64,000 nt of DNA. Origin: Candidatus Eiseniibacteriota bacterium. Lineage in GTDB: Bacteria; Eisenbacteria; RBG-16-71-46; CAIMUX01; VGJL01. Position 1 is the stretch's first letter. Each line of letters begins with the position of its first letter. The position numbers were made by a program, and so were the translations under genes. Of this stretch, positions 29,392 to 41,200 are shown one piece after another. The stretch lies in contig JBHGAY010000004.1 in NCBI GenBank assembly GCA_041946735.1, positions 1 to 64,000 on the forward strand, in the 5' to 3' direction. Under the pieces are notes generated by a model, which was not told where the DNA came from, made no database searches, and saw only the letters and a list, made by a program, of their open reading frames with translations.

Positions 29392-30766
29392 CCTGAAGGG
29401 ATACAAGGGGCGGGCGCGGGCGAAGCTGGCCGAGCTGGGCGTACGCGTCTGGAGCGACGTGCGCCTGCGCAACGACGCGGGGAGCGTGTTCGAGGGGGTG
29501 ATCCTGCCGCGGAGCGAGACGCTCGACGACGCGCATGTCGTGATCAAGATGAAGAACGGCTACAACGTCGGCGTGCACATCGACCGGATCGCGGAGGTGC
29601 AGGAGGTCGGCTACAAGGAAGCGGTCTACAAGATCCCCGAGAAGGAATTCCCGCGGCGCCCCGACCTGCCGTCGGTCACGCTGCTCGGAACCGGCGGGAC
29701 GATCGCCTCTCGCCTGGACTACCGGACCGGAGCGGTCATCCCCGCCTTCACGCCGGGCGAGTTGTACGGCGCCGTTCCGGAGCTGGCGGACATCTGCAAT
29801 CTCACGACGAAGAAGATCTTCGGCGTCTTCTCCGAGAACATGTCGAAGGATCAGTACATCGAGCTGGCGCAAGCGATCGGCGCGGAGATCGAGGGGGGAG
29901 CCGACGGGATCGTAATCGGCCATGGCACCGACACGATGGGGCACACCGCCGCGATTCTCTCCTTCATGGTGCAGAACTCCCCGGTGCCGATCGTCCTGGT
30001 CGGATCGCAGCGCTCGAGCGACCGCCCGTCGAGTGACGCCGCGCTGAACCTGATCCATTCCGTCCGGTCGGCGGCATACGGCGAAATCGCCGAGGTCGTC
30101 ATCTGCATGTTCGGGCCGACCTCCGACCGCTACGGGCTGCTTCATCGCGGGACGCGATGCCGCAAGATGCACAGCTCCTACCGCAGCACGTTCCGGACGG
30201 TGGGAGACACTCCGCTCGCGACGGTGAGCCGCGACGAGTTTTCCTACCTGACGGCAGACTTCCGCCGGCGGGACCGTTCGCGGAAGGTCGTCGTCGATCC
30301 GGTCTACGACGACCGGGCCACGATCCTCTACTACTACCCGGGTATGCGTCCGGATCTCGTCGATGCGCTCGTCGAGAAGGGGTATCGCGGGATCGTGATA
30401 GCCGGGACCGGCCTCGGCCACGTGAACAAGCCGCTCTACCCGGCGTTGAAGCGCGCGGTCGCCGCGGGCGTGCATATCGTCATGACCGTGCAAACGCTCT
30501 GGGGATATGCGCAGATGTATGTCTACGACACGGGGCGCGACCTGATCGACATCGGCGTCGTGCCGCTCGACAACATGCTCCCCGAGACCGCGCTGATGAA
30601 GCTCTCCTGGGTGCTCGCTCACACGGACGACCACGACGAGGTGATGCGAATGATGCGTCGCTCCATCAGCCACGAGATCACCTCGCGGGAGCCGCACAAC
30701 GGGTACCTGATCCTTCAGGGAGGGCTGCCCGACACCGAGGAGTTCATCGCTTCGCACTGGAAGTAG
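29378..30766 (+). CDS. gatD: Glu-tRNA(Gln) amidotransferase subunit D (asparaginase-like glutaminase, archaeal type)
   Basis: GatD-specific N-terminal domain (EGVILPR...IKMKNGYNVG), GTGGTIASRLDY, HGTDTM, GSQRSSDRPSSDA, HRGTRCRKMHSS, GTGLGHV, MLPETALMKL; overlaps gatE by 14 nt. Confidence 0.93.
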   Translation: MAGDDLKGYKGRARAKLAELGVRVWSDVRLRNDAGSVFEGVILPRSETLDDAHVVIKMKNGYNVGVHIDRIAEVQEVGYKEAVYKIPEKEFPRRPDLPSVTLLGTGGTIASRLDYRTGAVIPAFTPGELYGAVPELADICNLTTKKIFGVFSENMSKDQYIELAQAIGAEIEGGADGIVIGHGTDTMGHTAAILSFMVQNSPVPIVLVGSQRSSDRPSSDAALNLIHSVRSAAYGEIAEVVICMFGPTSDRYGLLHRGTRCRKMHSSYRSTFRTVGDTPLATVSRDEFSYLTADFRRRDRSRKVVVDPVYDDRATILYYYPGMRPDLVDALVEKGYRGIVIAGTGLGHVNKPLYPALKRAVAAGVHIVMTVQTLWGYAQMYVYDTGRDLIDIGVVPLDNMLPETALMKLSWVLAHTDDHDEVMRMMRRSISHEITSREPHNGYLILQGGLPDTEEFIASHWK

Positions 30767-30868
30767 GCGCGGGTGGGCGGTCGGCTGGCTGGCGGCCGGC
30801 GGACGGCCGGCGGGCTGGCTGGCTCGGACGATGGGCCGGCGGCTGGCGCCCCGGGCCTGCGCGCCATC

Positions 30869-31849
30869 TCAGCCGCGAAGCTTCCGATCGAGCCGGGTTG
30901 TCAGCTCGGCGTACGAGTAGCCGAGGCTCGGGCAGGCGTTGGCCTCCGCGATCCGTTCGAGAAGCGTATCGAGGACGCGGTCGCCCTCCCACCGAGTGCC
31001 GACGAGATAGCGCCGGCGCGGATCCGGGTCGAACAGCGCATGCAGAATCGCGTCGGCCACCCGATCGGGGGGTGAAGGCTTCCGGTTCGTTTCGCTCTCC
31101 GGCTCCTCGGACTCCGTCTCGACCGCACCGTCCCCGCCTTCGGGCCGCCCCTCGCTCTCCGGTCCCCCAGCCCTCTCGGATCCCGCATCGCTCTCCGTCT
31201 CCGGCGGCTCCAGGGCCCGTGCGATCGCCTGCGCCTCCACATCGAACGGCGCGGGAGCCCGGCGGAAGCGGGCGAGGTCCCCGGCTATCGAGTTCGCGCC
31301 GATCGACGTCACCACCCCGCCCGGCTGGACGATGCTCACCCTCATCCCGAACGGCCGTGCCTCCTCGTCGAGCGCCGTCGTGAGCGCCTCGAGGGCGTGC
31401 TTCGTCATCGTGTACGGACCGAACAGCTTCTTGCTGATCATCCCGCCCTGCGAGCCGACGTTCACGATCCGCCCGCGCGATCGAAGGAGCAGCGGAAGGA
31501 ATGCCCGGCTCACGCGCAGTGGGCCGAGCGCGTTGATCGAGAAGATCTCCTCGAGTTCGGCGTCGGTCCACGACGCGATGGGGCCGATCCCACCGACTCC
31601 GGCGTTGTTCACCAGGCCCCAGAGCCCGGCGTCGTCCTCCTCGACCCGGCGGACGGCGGCTTCGATCTCCGCGGAGTCCCGGACGTCGAGGCGAACGGGA
31701 ACGGTGTTCGGCAACGCATCGAGCGCGCGGAGGTCCTCCTCGCGGCGCGCAGTGGCGTAGACCCGGCGGCCGAGACCCGACAGCCTCCGAGCCAGGCAGA
31801 AACCGATGCCGCTGCTCGATCCGGTGACGAGAATTGCGCCTTCCTGCAT
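30869..31849 (-). CDS. Short-chain dehydrogenase/reductase
   Basis: TGSSSGIG, LDV, NNAG, GRIVNVGS, YTMTK. Confidence 0.9.
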   Translation of the reverse strand: MQEGAILVTGSSSGIGFCLARRLSGLGRRVYATARREEDLRALDALPNTVPVRLDVRDSAEIEAAVRRVEEDDAGLWGLVNNAGVGGIGPIASWTDAELEEIFSINALGPLRVSRAFLPLLLRSRGRIVNVGSQGGMISKKLFGPYTMTKHALEALTTALDEEARPFGMRVSIVQPGGVVTSIGANSIAGDLARFRRAPAPFDVEAQAIARALEPPETESDAGSERAGGPESEGRPEGGDGAVETESEEPESETNRKPSPPDRVADAILHALFDPDPRRRYLVGTRWEGDRVLDTLLERIAEANACPSLGYSYAELTTRLDRKLRG

Positions 31850-32112
31850 GCGCACTGCTTCCCCCTTCTCTCTCTCCCCTTCGCCTCCCCCAGCAAGACC
31901 GCCCGCGCGTTCGCTCGGCTCCACAGGAGCATGACCGCCGCGAGGATAACCGCCTGTCGACGGTTCGCCCCACCCTGCTCTAGAATCGCCCGTTCGAATG
32001 CCGGCCCCCTTCGGCCCTCATGGCCGCTCCGCAACCGCCGGCAGACCGTCCCGGTGCGTCGAACGGCGCATCGGACCAGTGACCAAGCAACAAGACCGAT
32101 GAGGTGAAGTAG

Positions 32113-32745
32113 ATGAACCGTTTCCATGAAAGCGTTCGCGTGCTGCGCGGGCTCTCGATTCTTTCCGGGCTCGTCCTCGCTCTCGGCAGCGCCTCGATCG
32201 TCCGTGCGCAAGAAGCGCCCGGCGGCATGTCCGAAGAGGAAATGATGAAGAAGATGACCGAGCTGGCGACCCCCGGGGAGCAGCACCAGCGGCTCGCGCG
32301 TCTCGTTGGCAACTGGAAGACGAGTGTCAAGATGTGGATGGGGCCGGGGGAGCCGACCACCTCTTCCGGCACGGCGACGTGCGAGAGCGTCCTCGGCGGG
32401 CGGTATGTCCAGAGCCGTCACACCGGCAATTTCGGCGGCATGCCGTTCGAGGGACTCGGGATCGACGGCTACGACAACGCGAAGAAGCAGTACTTCAGCG
32501 CCTGGTTCGACAATATGGGAACGGGAATGATGACGATGACGGGGCAGCCGAGCAGCGACGGAGATGGCATGACCTACACGGGCACAAGTTTCGAGCCCAT
32601 GCAGGGAAGAGATGTCAAGATCCGAGAGGAGGTTCGCTGGCTCGACCCGAACAAGTACGTCTTCACGATGTACATGGAGATGCCCGGGCAGGACGGGAAG
32701 CTCCAGGAGATGCGCGTCATGGAGATGACGGCCGAGCGGCAGTAG
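32113..32745 (+). CDS. Exported DUF1579-like protein
   Basis: Signal peptide, ATPGEQHQRL..LVGNW, LGGRY, GMPFEG..GYDN, WFDNMGT. Confidence 0.8.
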   Translation: MNRFHESVRVLRGLSILSGLVLALGSASIVRAQEAPGGMSEEEMMKKMTELATPGEQHQRLARLVGNWKTSVKMWMGPGEPTTSSGTATCESVLGGRYVQSRHTGNFGGMPFEGLGIDGYDNAKKQYFSAWFDNMGTGMMTMTGQPSSDGDGMTYTGTSFEPMQGRDVKIREEVRWLDPNKYVFTMYMEMPGQDGKLQEMRVMEMTAERQ

Positions 32746-32885
32746 CTGTCGCGGCGGCAGTAGCAGTCGGAGCGGCAGGAGCCCCGTAGGAGGGGCAGCC
32801 GCTTCCCTCGCGCGGCGCTTGCACACCGGCCGCCGGGCCACCATCGGGATGGCGCGGCGGCCGGATCACTCGGCGCTTTCCTCCG

Positions 32886-33923
32886 TCATCCTCCCAGGAG
32901 ACGAATGCTCGGGAGCGACACGCTCCCCGCAGATCGCTTGCCCGTCTCGACTGCGCGCTGGAACTCTTCCGCCCCTTTCGGCTTCTGCCACACGCTCTGC
33001 CGGATCGTCTGCGCGATCTCCTCGTCGGGCGCGCCACGCCGCAGCGGGCCGCGGAGATCGACGCCGAGCTGGGAGAAGAGGCACAGGCCGAGCCGGCCCG
33101 ACGCGGTCATCCGGATGCGGTTGCAGGCTCCGCAGAACGGGTCCGTCAACGAGGCGATGAAGCCGACGCCGCCGGCACCGCCCGCGAAACGGAAGCTCTC
33201 CGCGACCCGCGCGCCTCGCGCGGTCGCCGGTTCGAGCTTGCGCTCCTCCTCGATCCAGCTACGGACGCGATCGAGCGGAAGGACGAGATCCGGGCGCCAT
33301 GCGGTCCCGCAGAGCGGCATGAACTCGATGAAGCGGACCTCGATCGCGAGACGTTCGGCCATCTCGCAGAACGCGAGGACCTCGGCCCGCTCGAGATCGC
33401 GCATCGCCACGACGTTCACCTTCACGGCGAGCCCACTCGTGAGCGCCGTCTCGATCCCCCGCAGGACGAGGTCGATCTCGTCCCGGCCGGTGATGCGCTC
33501 GAAGCGCTGCCGATCGAGGCTGTCGAGGCTCACGTTCACGGAGTCGAGACCGGCGTCGGCGAGGCGGCGCGCGAGCGCGGAGAGGCGCGCGCCGTTCGTC
33601 GTGAGCGCGAGCGAGGCGATCCCTTCGATGCAGCGAAGGCGCTCGACGAGCGGGACCAGGTCGCGGCGCAGAAGCGGCTCGCCGCCGGTGAGACGGATCT
33701 TCCGGACTCCGAGGCGCGCGAAGATTCGGCATAGCCGCTCGATCTCTTCGGACGAAAGCAGCTCGTCGCGCGGCTGCAGCGCGAAGCCGCTCGCCGGGTG
33801 GCAGTAGGTGCAGCGGAAGTTGCACAAATCGGTCACCGAAACGCGCAGGTAGTCGAGCCGGCGGCCGTGGCGATCCTCGAGGCACGCCGAGCCCGTAGCG
33901 CGTTCCGCCGCATCCGGTCTCAA
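32886..33923 (-). CDS. moaA: GTP 3',8-cyclase (Moco biosynthesis radical SAM)
   Basis: YLRVSVTDLCNFRCTYC, RLTGGEPL, LTTNG, NVSLDSL, RFIEFMP, FCGACNRIR, C-terminal GG; TTG start overlaps chaperone stop (TTGA). Confidence 0.93.
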   Translation of the reverse strand: MRPDAAERATGSACLEDRHGRRLDYLRVSVTDLCNFRCTYCHPASGFALQPRDELLSSEEIERLCRIFARLGVRKIRLTGGEPLLRRDLVPLVERLRCIEGIASLALTTNGARLSALARRLADAGLDSVNVSLDSLDRQRFERITGRDEIDLVLRGIETALTSGLAVKVNVVAMRDLERAEVLAFCEMAERLAIEVRFIEFMPLCGTAWRPDLVLPLDRVRSWIEEERKLEPATARGARVAESFRFAGGAGGVGFIASLTDPFCGACNRIRMTASGRLGLCLFSQLGVDLRGPLRRGAPDEEIAQTIRQSVWQKPKGAEEFQRAVETGKRSAGSVSLPSIRLLGG

Positions 33924-34567
33924 CGTTCCGGCTCCTCCGCCGGCGCGGGCAGCCGGCCGCCGGCCGCGTCGACGACCGCGACGAGAAGCGAGAGGAGGTC
34001 GCGCAGGCATGGATAGGGACAGTCCGCGGCCTTCCCGGCCGCCAGGCCGACCCAGCTCGCGACGTGCCGCTCCAGGTACTCGGATCGAGCGCGCCGGATC
34101 TGCTCGAGACGCTCGGAATCCGTCTCCGCCGCCTCCCTCTCGCATAGATAGCCGAGGAAGTCGAGCTGGTGGCGGAGATGGTCGGAGGTCTCCTCGCTCC
34201 CCGCGGAGAGGCGCAGGCCGAACGCCGCGTAGAAGAGGATATTCTCGTGCAGGATCCGGGGGACCGGATCGCGGCGCAGATAGTGCGATTCGATCAGCGG
34301 GACGTGCGGATGCGGCGCGCCCACCTCGAACGTCTCGATGTATTGCGTCTCGTACTCCCTCGCGGACCGGGGAAGGGGCGCGGGTCCGGACAGACCGAGC
34401 CGGGCCGCGAGATCCGTCCAGGCTCCCCACGTTTCCTTCGATCGCAGGAACTCCCATTGCTCGGCGCCTGGGGGACGGAAGAGGTCGCGGACGAATCGAA
34501 AGGCCGAAGCGAGCGCGCGAGCCTCCTCGCGATCCTGCCCGTCCGTCGCCGGCGGGATGCCGCTCAC
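33920..34567 (-). CDS. TorD/DmsD/NarJ-like molybdoenzyme maturation chaperone
   Basis: YIETFEVG...PLIESHY, FYAAFGL, SDHLRHQLDFLGYL, YLERHVASW; GTGA-coupled. Confidence 0.85.
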   Translation of the reverse strand: MSGIPPATDGQDREEARALASAFRFVRDLFRPPGAEQWEFLRSKETWGAWTDLAARLGLSGPAPLPRSAREYETQYIETFEVGAPHPHVPLIESHYLRRDPVPRILHENILFYAAFGLRLSAGSEETSDHLRHQLDFLGYLCEREAAETDSERLEQIRRARSEYLERHVASWVGLAAGKAADCPYPCLRDLLSLLVAVVDAAGGRLPAPAEEPER

Positions 34568-35315
34568 GGGGCGCCCCCGATCTCGCGCAGCTCGTACCAC
34601 ACGCTGTAGAACTTCAGTCCGTCCCGCTGCTGCTTCTCGCCGTCCCAAACGGCAAAGGCGATGGGCGTCCCGGCGGCGGCCGGCGGGATCTGGAAGACGC
34701 ACTCCCAACCATCGGCCGTGCGTCGGACCGATCCGGGGATCGCTTGCCCCGTGCGGGTCGTCGTCCCGCGGCCGGCCGCGATCAGCCGCTCGAAGCCGCG
34801 CGTCCCGTGCCAGTAGTAGAGGTCGACCGGATGGGCCGCGTCTCCCATCATCAGCGACGGGAAGCTGGCCGCGTCCTGCGCGTTCTGGACGTTCTGCGGG
34901 AACATCACGCAGGCGGCGTCCGCAAAACGCTCGATATCGAGCGAATGCGCCTTGTAGATCGTCGAGTCGCCGGCATCGGCGATCCTTTCCGGGGACCGCG
35001 CACGGCTGTCGGTCGGATCCGCCCACCGCATCCGCACGAAGGTCGCTTCACCATTGGAGAGCAGCGACACCGCGGCGGCGGGACGCGCGCCATCGTCCGG
35101 GGGATCTCCGACGTAGAGCGGCGGCGTGCGATTCAGGGCGACCTGCGTCTCGATCGCCCCCCGCCAGGCCGGCTCCTCTCCGGCGACGAGGCTCGCCGTC
35201 GCGGCGATCGTGCGACCGCACGGGATCGTCGCTTCCGCGGCGGCCCGGCCGGCGACGCCCGCCAAAAGCACGAGGAGCACGAGGAGCACGAATCCGAGAA
35301 GAATGCGCTGCCGCG

Positions 35316-35319
<4 letters not shown>
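34564..35319 (-). CDS. Heme b gamma subunit (EbdC/SerC/DdhC-like) of type II DMSO reductase family enzyme
   Basis: Sec signal, RMRWAD, FADAACVMFP, LMMG (Met ligand), AFAVWDG...RDGLK (Lys ligand). Confidence 0.85.
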
Positions 35320-36583
<1,264 letters not shown>

Positions 36584-36587
<4 letters not shown>

Positions 36588-39580
36588 GCCCTCCCCTGCG
36601 CGCTCGAGGACGCGTCCGCCCAGGCGGCGACGGGACCGTCATAGCGCTCGATGTCGACGCGGATGTCCCGGTTGTTGCCGGTCGGCCCCCAGTAGTTGAG
36701 GGCGAAGTTCAAGTGCCCGTACCCGCCGATCAGCTGCGTCGGTTTGATCTTGATGTACGTGAGCGATTGCCACCCGCCGCGCTGGAAGCCGAGGTATCGC
36801 TCCCACCCGTGGTACATCGTCAGGCGGCCCGTCTTCTCGCCCGGCAGGATCTTCGCGCGAACGACCGCTTCCCCCTGCTTGTTGAAGATCCGCACCCAGT
36901 CGTTGTCAGCGATGCTGCGCGCCTTCGCGTCGTCAGGGTGGATATAGACGATCGGCATCCCGCGCTGCAGGCGAAGCATGTAGCGATTGTCGCGCCACGT
37001 GGAATGGATCGACCAGCGCCCGTGCGGCGTGTTCCAGTAGAATGGATACTCCTCGTCCTCCACGAGCGGCTTGTGCACCGCGAGCTCTTCGCCGAGTTCG
37101 AGAAACCAGTCGTGATCGATGTAGAACTGCTGCCGGCCGGTGAGCGTGCGCCACGGGCGCTTGAGCTCGACCTGGTGGGTGAACGGCGTGTAGGTCCGAC
37201 CTTCTTCGATCTCGCTGTTCCACGTGTCGGGATCGATTCCGACGAAACGCTGCGGGCCGTCCTGCAGGCCGCGGTAGGTCATCCCCTTCGTCTCCTGCGC
37301 ATGCTCGAGGATGAAGTTCACCGCGTCCTCGTCCGTCGCGAGCTTCCCTTCTCCGGACCATGCCTCGTGGAGGCGCGTGAAGTCTCGTGTCCACTGCAGG
37401 TCCGCGTCCTCGAACGGCGCGAGTCCCCGCGCCGCGGCGATCTCCGACATCTTGCTTGCGAGAGCGGAGAAGATGTCCCAGTCGGTACGCGATTCGTAGA
37501 GCGGGTCGAGCACCTTGGAGAACGGATGGAGGAATGAGTGGCAGTCGGTCGAGTTGATGTCGGTCTTCTCATAGTAGCTCGACGCGGGGAGGACGATGTC
37601 GCTGTAGAGCGCTGTCGTGTCCATCCGGTAGTTGATGTCGACGATGAGGTCGAGATCCTTCCACAGGGATCGCAGGATCGCCTCGTTGCCCTTCGCCTGG
37701 TTCAGATAGTTCGCGCGCCACACGATGAGGGATCTCGGCTTTCGCGGCAGATCGTGCATCGTCTCCGGCGTGAGGGAGGCGAGATCCTGCTTCGGCCAGA
37801 GCGGCATCCACTTCTTCCGCACCGACTCGAGGATCCACGACTCGATCGGGCGTCCCTCGATCGGATGGGGGTCGCTCTGGCGCGAATGGAGGTAGCTCCA
37901 GAGCGTCATGTTCTGCATGCGCTGCTTCTTCGCCCCCTCGGGGAAGGCGAGCGCCTTGAAACCATGCTCCGGCCAGATCCGCTCCTGCCCGACGTAATGG
38001 TTGAAGCCGCCGCCGTTCTTGCCGACGTTCCCTGTGAGCGCGACGATCAGGATCATCGCCCGGTTCGCGAGGTCGTTGTGGTACCAGTGGTTCGTGCCGG
38101 CGCCGTGGATGATCATCGCCGGCTTGCGGGTGAACAGGCGCGCGAACTCGACGAGATCCGCTTCGGCGATCCCGCACGCCTCGGCGGCGCGGGCAGGCTC
38201 GTAGGCCGGGTCGGACAGCATCTCCTTCACACGGGCGAAGACCGTGGTCACCTCGGCCGTCGCGCCGTCGGCCAGCCGGACGGTCCAGACTCCTTCGAGA
38301 TCCGGATCGACCTGCCCCAGCTCGATGCTTCGCGCCGTCGACCCCATGCTGCCCGGCACCTGGGCCACCCGCCCGCTCCGCGCGTCGTGCACGTAGAAGA
38401 CCGCGTCCGGATCGTGCGTGAGCTTCGGCGGCTGGCTCGCAGGCGCCGTCGGATCGCTCACCTGCGATGCCGTCTTCTTCCGCTTCTCCCACGCCTCGAC
38501 CTTCGGCTCGCTCCCCCGCTCGGCCGGGTCGAGATCACTCTCGCGGAGAAGCTTGCCCGTGTCGCGGCGCACGAGCAGCGGCAGGTCTGTCTGCTCCTTG
38601 ATGTAGGGAATGTCGATCGCCCCGTTCTCGACGAGCCAGCGCGAGACGGCGTTGGCGAGGATCACGTCGCTCCCCGGGCGGATCCCGAGGAACAGGTCGC
38701 TATGGATCGAGCTGGAGTTGTAGTCGGGCGACACGCTCGCGATCGTGGCGCCGTTGTAGCGCGCTTCCCAGGCGAAGTGCGCGTCCGGGATGCGCGTCGC
38801 GTTGATGTTCGATCCCCAGAGGACGATGTGCTTCGCGTGGAACCAGTCCGCGCATTCGCACGACTCCGTCTGGACCCCCCAGGTGATCGGTTCGCCGGGC
38901 GGGAGATCGCAGTACCAGTCGTAGAAGGAGCAGAAGACGCCGCCGATGTAATGCGCGAGCCGCGAGCCGGCCGAGAACGAGACCGGGGACATCGCGGGAA
39001 TCACCGAGAAGAAGGTGTTCGTGTCGGGACCGTGCTGGTAGATGTTGTCGAGGAGCTTCGAAGCGATCTGCTCGAGCGCCTCGTCCCAGCTCGCCCGTCG
39101 CCACTTTCCCTCGCCCCGCTCGCCGGCCCGGATCAACGGATACTTCAGCCTCTGCGCGCCATACACGTACTCGACGAAGCAGGCTCCCTTCTGGCAGCCG
39201 CGCGGGTTGTAGTCGGGCACGTCCTGGCTGATTCGCGGATAGTCGGCCGCCTGCTCCTCGCGGAGCATGATGCCGTCCTTCACGTAGACCTTCCAGGAGC
39301 ACGAGCCGGTGCAGTTGGCGGAGTGCGTGGATCGCACGACCTTGTCGTAAGTGAAGCGGCCGCGGTAGAGGTTCTCCCAGCCCCGGTACGGATAGGTCCG
39401 CAGGGGATCGACGTCGACGACCTGGAACGACTCGAGCGCGCGCGTCGGCCGGCCGAGGAAGCCGAGGATTCCGATCCCCGCGCCCGCCGCGCCGACCTTC
39501 AAGAAGCCTCGCCGGTCGATCCGCTTGCCCTCGCCCACGGGGGCCTCCTTCTTCTTCCTGTTGTCCTGTCCGTCCTTCAT
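36584..39580 (-). CDS. Tat-exported Mo-bisPGD alpha subunit, type II DMSO reductase family (periplasmic nitrate reductase pNarG-like)
   Basis: Tat signal DRRGFLK, STHSANCTGSCSW + NPRGCQKG (FS0), IPAMS, SFYDWYCDLPP (Asp Mo ligand), TLTGRQQFYIDH, TPHGRWSIHSTW; ATGA-coupled. Confidence 0.9.
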
Positions 39581-41166
39581 TGCGCGGCCGCCTGTGTCGT
39601 CGTCGCTGTCGCCTCCGCGGTCGCCTCCGCCTTCGCGGTCGCCGGCGCTCCGCCTGCAGCAATCCCGAGCGTCCGGACATAGGAAACGACGTCGCGGATG
39701 TCCGCCGGTGAGAGCGCGCCGCGTGCCCCCCATGCCGGCATCGCGGTGTTCCGCCTGCCCTGGGTGATCGTCTCGATGAGGAAGGCGTCGCTCGCGTACG
39801 CCTGGAACGCCGGGGAATCGAGCGTCGGCGCGACGCCGCCCCGCCCGGCCGGGCCATGGCAACCGGCGCAGTTCTTCACGAAGAGAGACCGCCCGCGTCC
39901 CGGATCTCCGATCGGCCCCGCTGTCGCTTTCATCGGAATCTCCGAGCCGCCTGCCTCGCTGGCGGCCGGGCGGATCTCCTCGCCCGCCACCTCGCGACCG
40001 AGCACGAACGAGACGATCTGGCGGATGTCCTCCTCCGACATCCCCCCGGCCGCGAGACCCCAAGCCGGCATGATCGTTCCCCGGCGCCCGCTGCGGATCA
40101 TCGCCGCGACGTACGCCGGGCTCGCCGCCGCCTTGAACGATTCCGCGCGTACGGCCGGGATGAACGAGCGGAAGAACTTGTCGTAGCGCCCCAGCTCCCC
40201 CGTGTCGTGGCACGTGGAGCAGAAACGGTTGTACAGATCGGCGCCGGTCATCGGCGCTGGATTTGCGGACGCATAGATCATGAGATGCTTCTCGGGAGTC
40301 AGATACGAACCGGGCAGGTCGCGCTGCTGCTGCGCGAGGAGGAAGGTAGTCAACGCCTCGGTCTCGCCCCGCGACAGCCCGGGACACGGCATCTGGCTCC
40401 CGGCGACAACCGCCTGCGGGTCGGCGAAGTGTTCGATCAACCACTCCGGGACGGTGTGCGGTCCCTGGATGCCGGCCATCGGGAGATTCCCGCGGACCTT
40501 CAGCCCCTCGTTGTCGAGAGCCGGCCCCAGGCTTCCTCCGCGCCCGCCGAGCTTGTGGCAGGACCTGCAGCCCTTCGCCTCGAAGAGGGCCGCGCCGGCC
40601 GCGTACGTCTCTCCTCCGTTCTCAGCCACTTCGCGCGCTGCGTGGCAGACGCCGCACGACGACTGCGTCAGCTCGAGCGGCAGGAGGGGATAGTCCCAGT
40701 GTCGGTCCTCCGCCTTCGCGTCCTCGAAGGACATCGCGCGTCCCTGCCCGCGATGGCAGATCGTGCAGCCGAACCGGTTCGGATCGTGCCACTGGAGATA
40801 GGCCCCCGGATGGACCCGGTGGGGATTCGCCACGTCGGTCATCCGCGGATCGTCGACCCCGTTGTGGCAGGAGACGCATCGGTCGATCGTCCCGATCTCC
40901 GGCAGGACGACCTGGCGCATTTCCACATGGAAGTCGTTCGCGATCTTCCGTCCCCGGTCATCGGTCGCCTTCGCGCTCAGAATGCGCTGGTACTCCCGCT
41001 GGTAATGCCTCCAGGGATTCCACACGTTCTCGCGGAGCGCGGCAGCGCCGAGCAAGGCGATCGTCAGGACGCTCATCGAGAGCAGCGCGAGCTTCACACG
41101 CCGGTCCCGCCGCTCCGCCTCCCGGCGCGTCGCCTGCGAGATCCGGGAGCCGTCCTTCTCGTTCAT
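39577..41166 (-). CDS. Membrane-anchored multiheme cytochrome c (6 CxxCH)
   Basis: N-terminal TM; CVSCH, CTICH, CGVCH, CRSCH, CSTCH, CAGCH. Confidence 0.9.
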   Translation of the reverse strand: MNEKDGSRISQATRREAERRDRRVKLALLSMSVLTIALLGAAALRENVWNPWRHYQREYQRILSAKATDDRGRKIANDFHVEMRQVVLPEIGTIDRCVSCHNGVDDPRMTDVANPHRVHPGAYLQWHDPNRFGCTICHRGQGRAMSFEDAKAEDRHWDYPLLPLELTQSSCGVCHAAREVAENGGETYAAGAALFEAKGCRSCHKLGGRGGSLGPALDNEGLKVRGNLPMAGIQGPHTVPEWLIEHFADPQAVVAGSQMPCPGLSRGETEALTTFLLAQQQRDLPGSYLTPEKHLMIYASANPAPMTGADLYNRFCSTCHDTGELGRYDKFFRSFIPAVRAESFKAAASPAYVAAMIRSGRRGTIMPAWGLAAGGMSEEDIRQIVSFVLGREVAGEEIRPAASEAGGSEIPMKATAGPIGDPGRGRSLFVKNCAGCHGPAGRGGVAPTLDSPAFQAYASDAFLIETITQGRRNTAMPAWGARGALSPADIRDVVSYVRTLGIAAGGAPATAKAEATAEATATTTQAAAQ

Positions 41167-41200
41167 CCTCGATCCCCCTCGCGCCGGCGCAGCCTCGGCA

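Noticed and set aside
39581..40444. Apparent N-terminal extension or fusion of the molybdoenzyme alpha subunit
   Set aside because: Off-frame overlap with the cytochrome c gene; the Tat signal and ATGA overlap place the start at 39580
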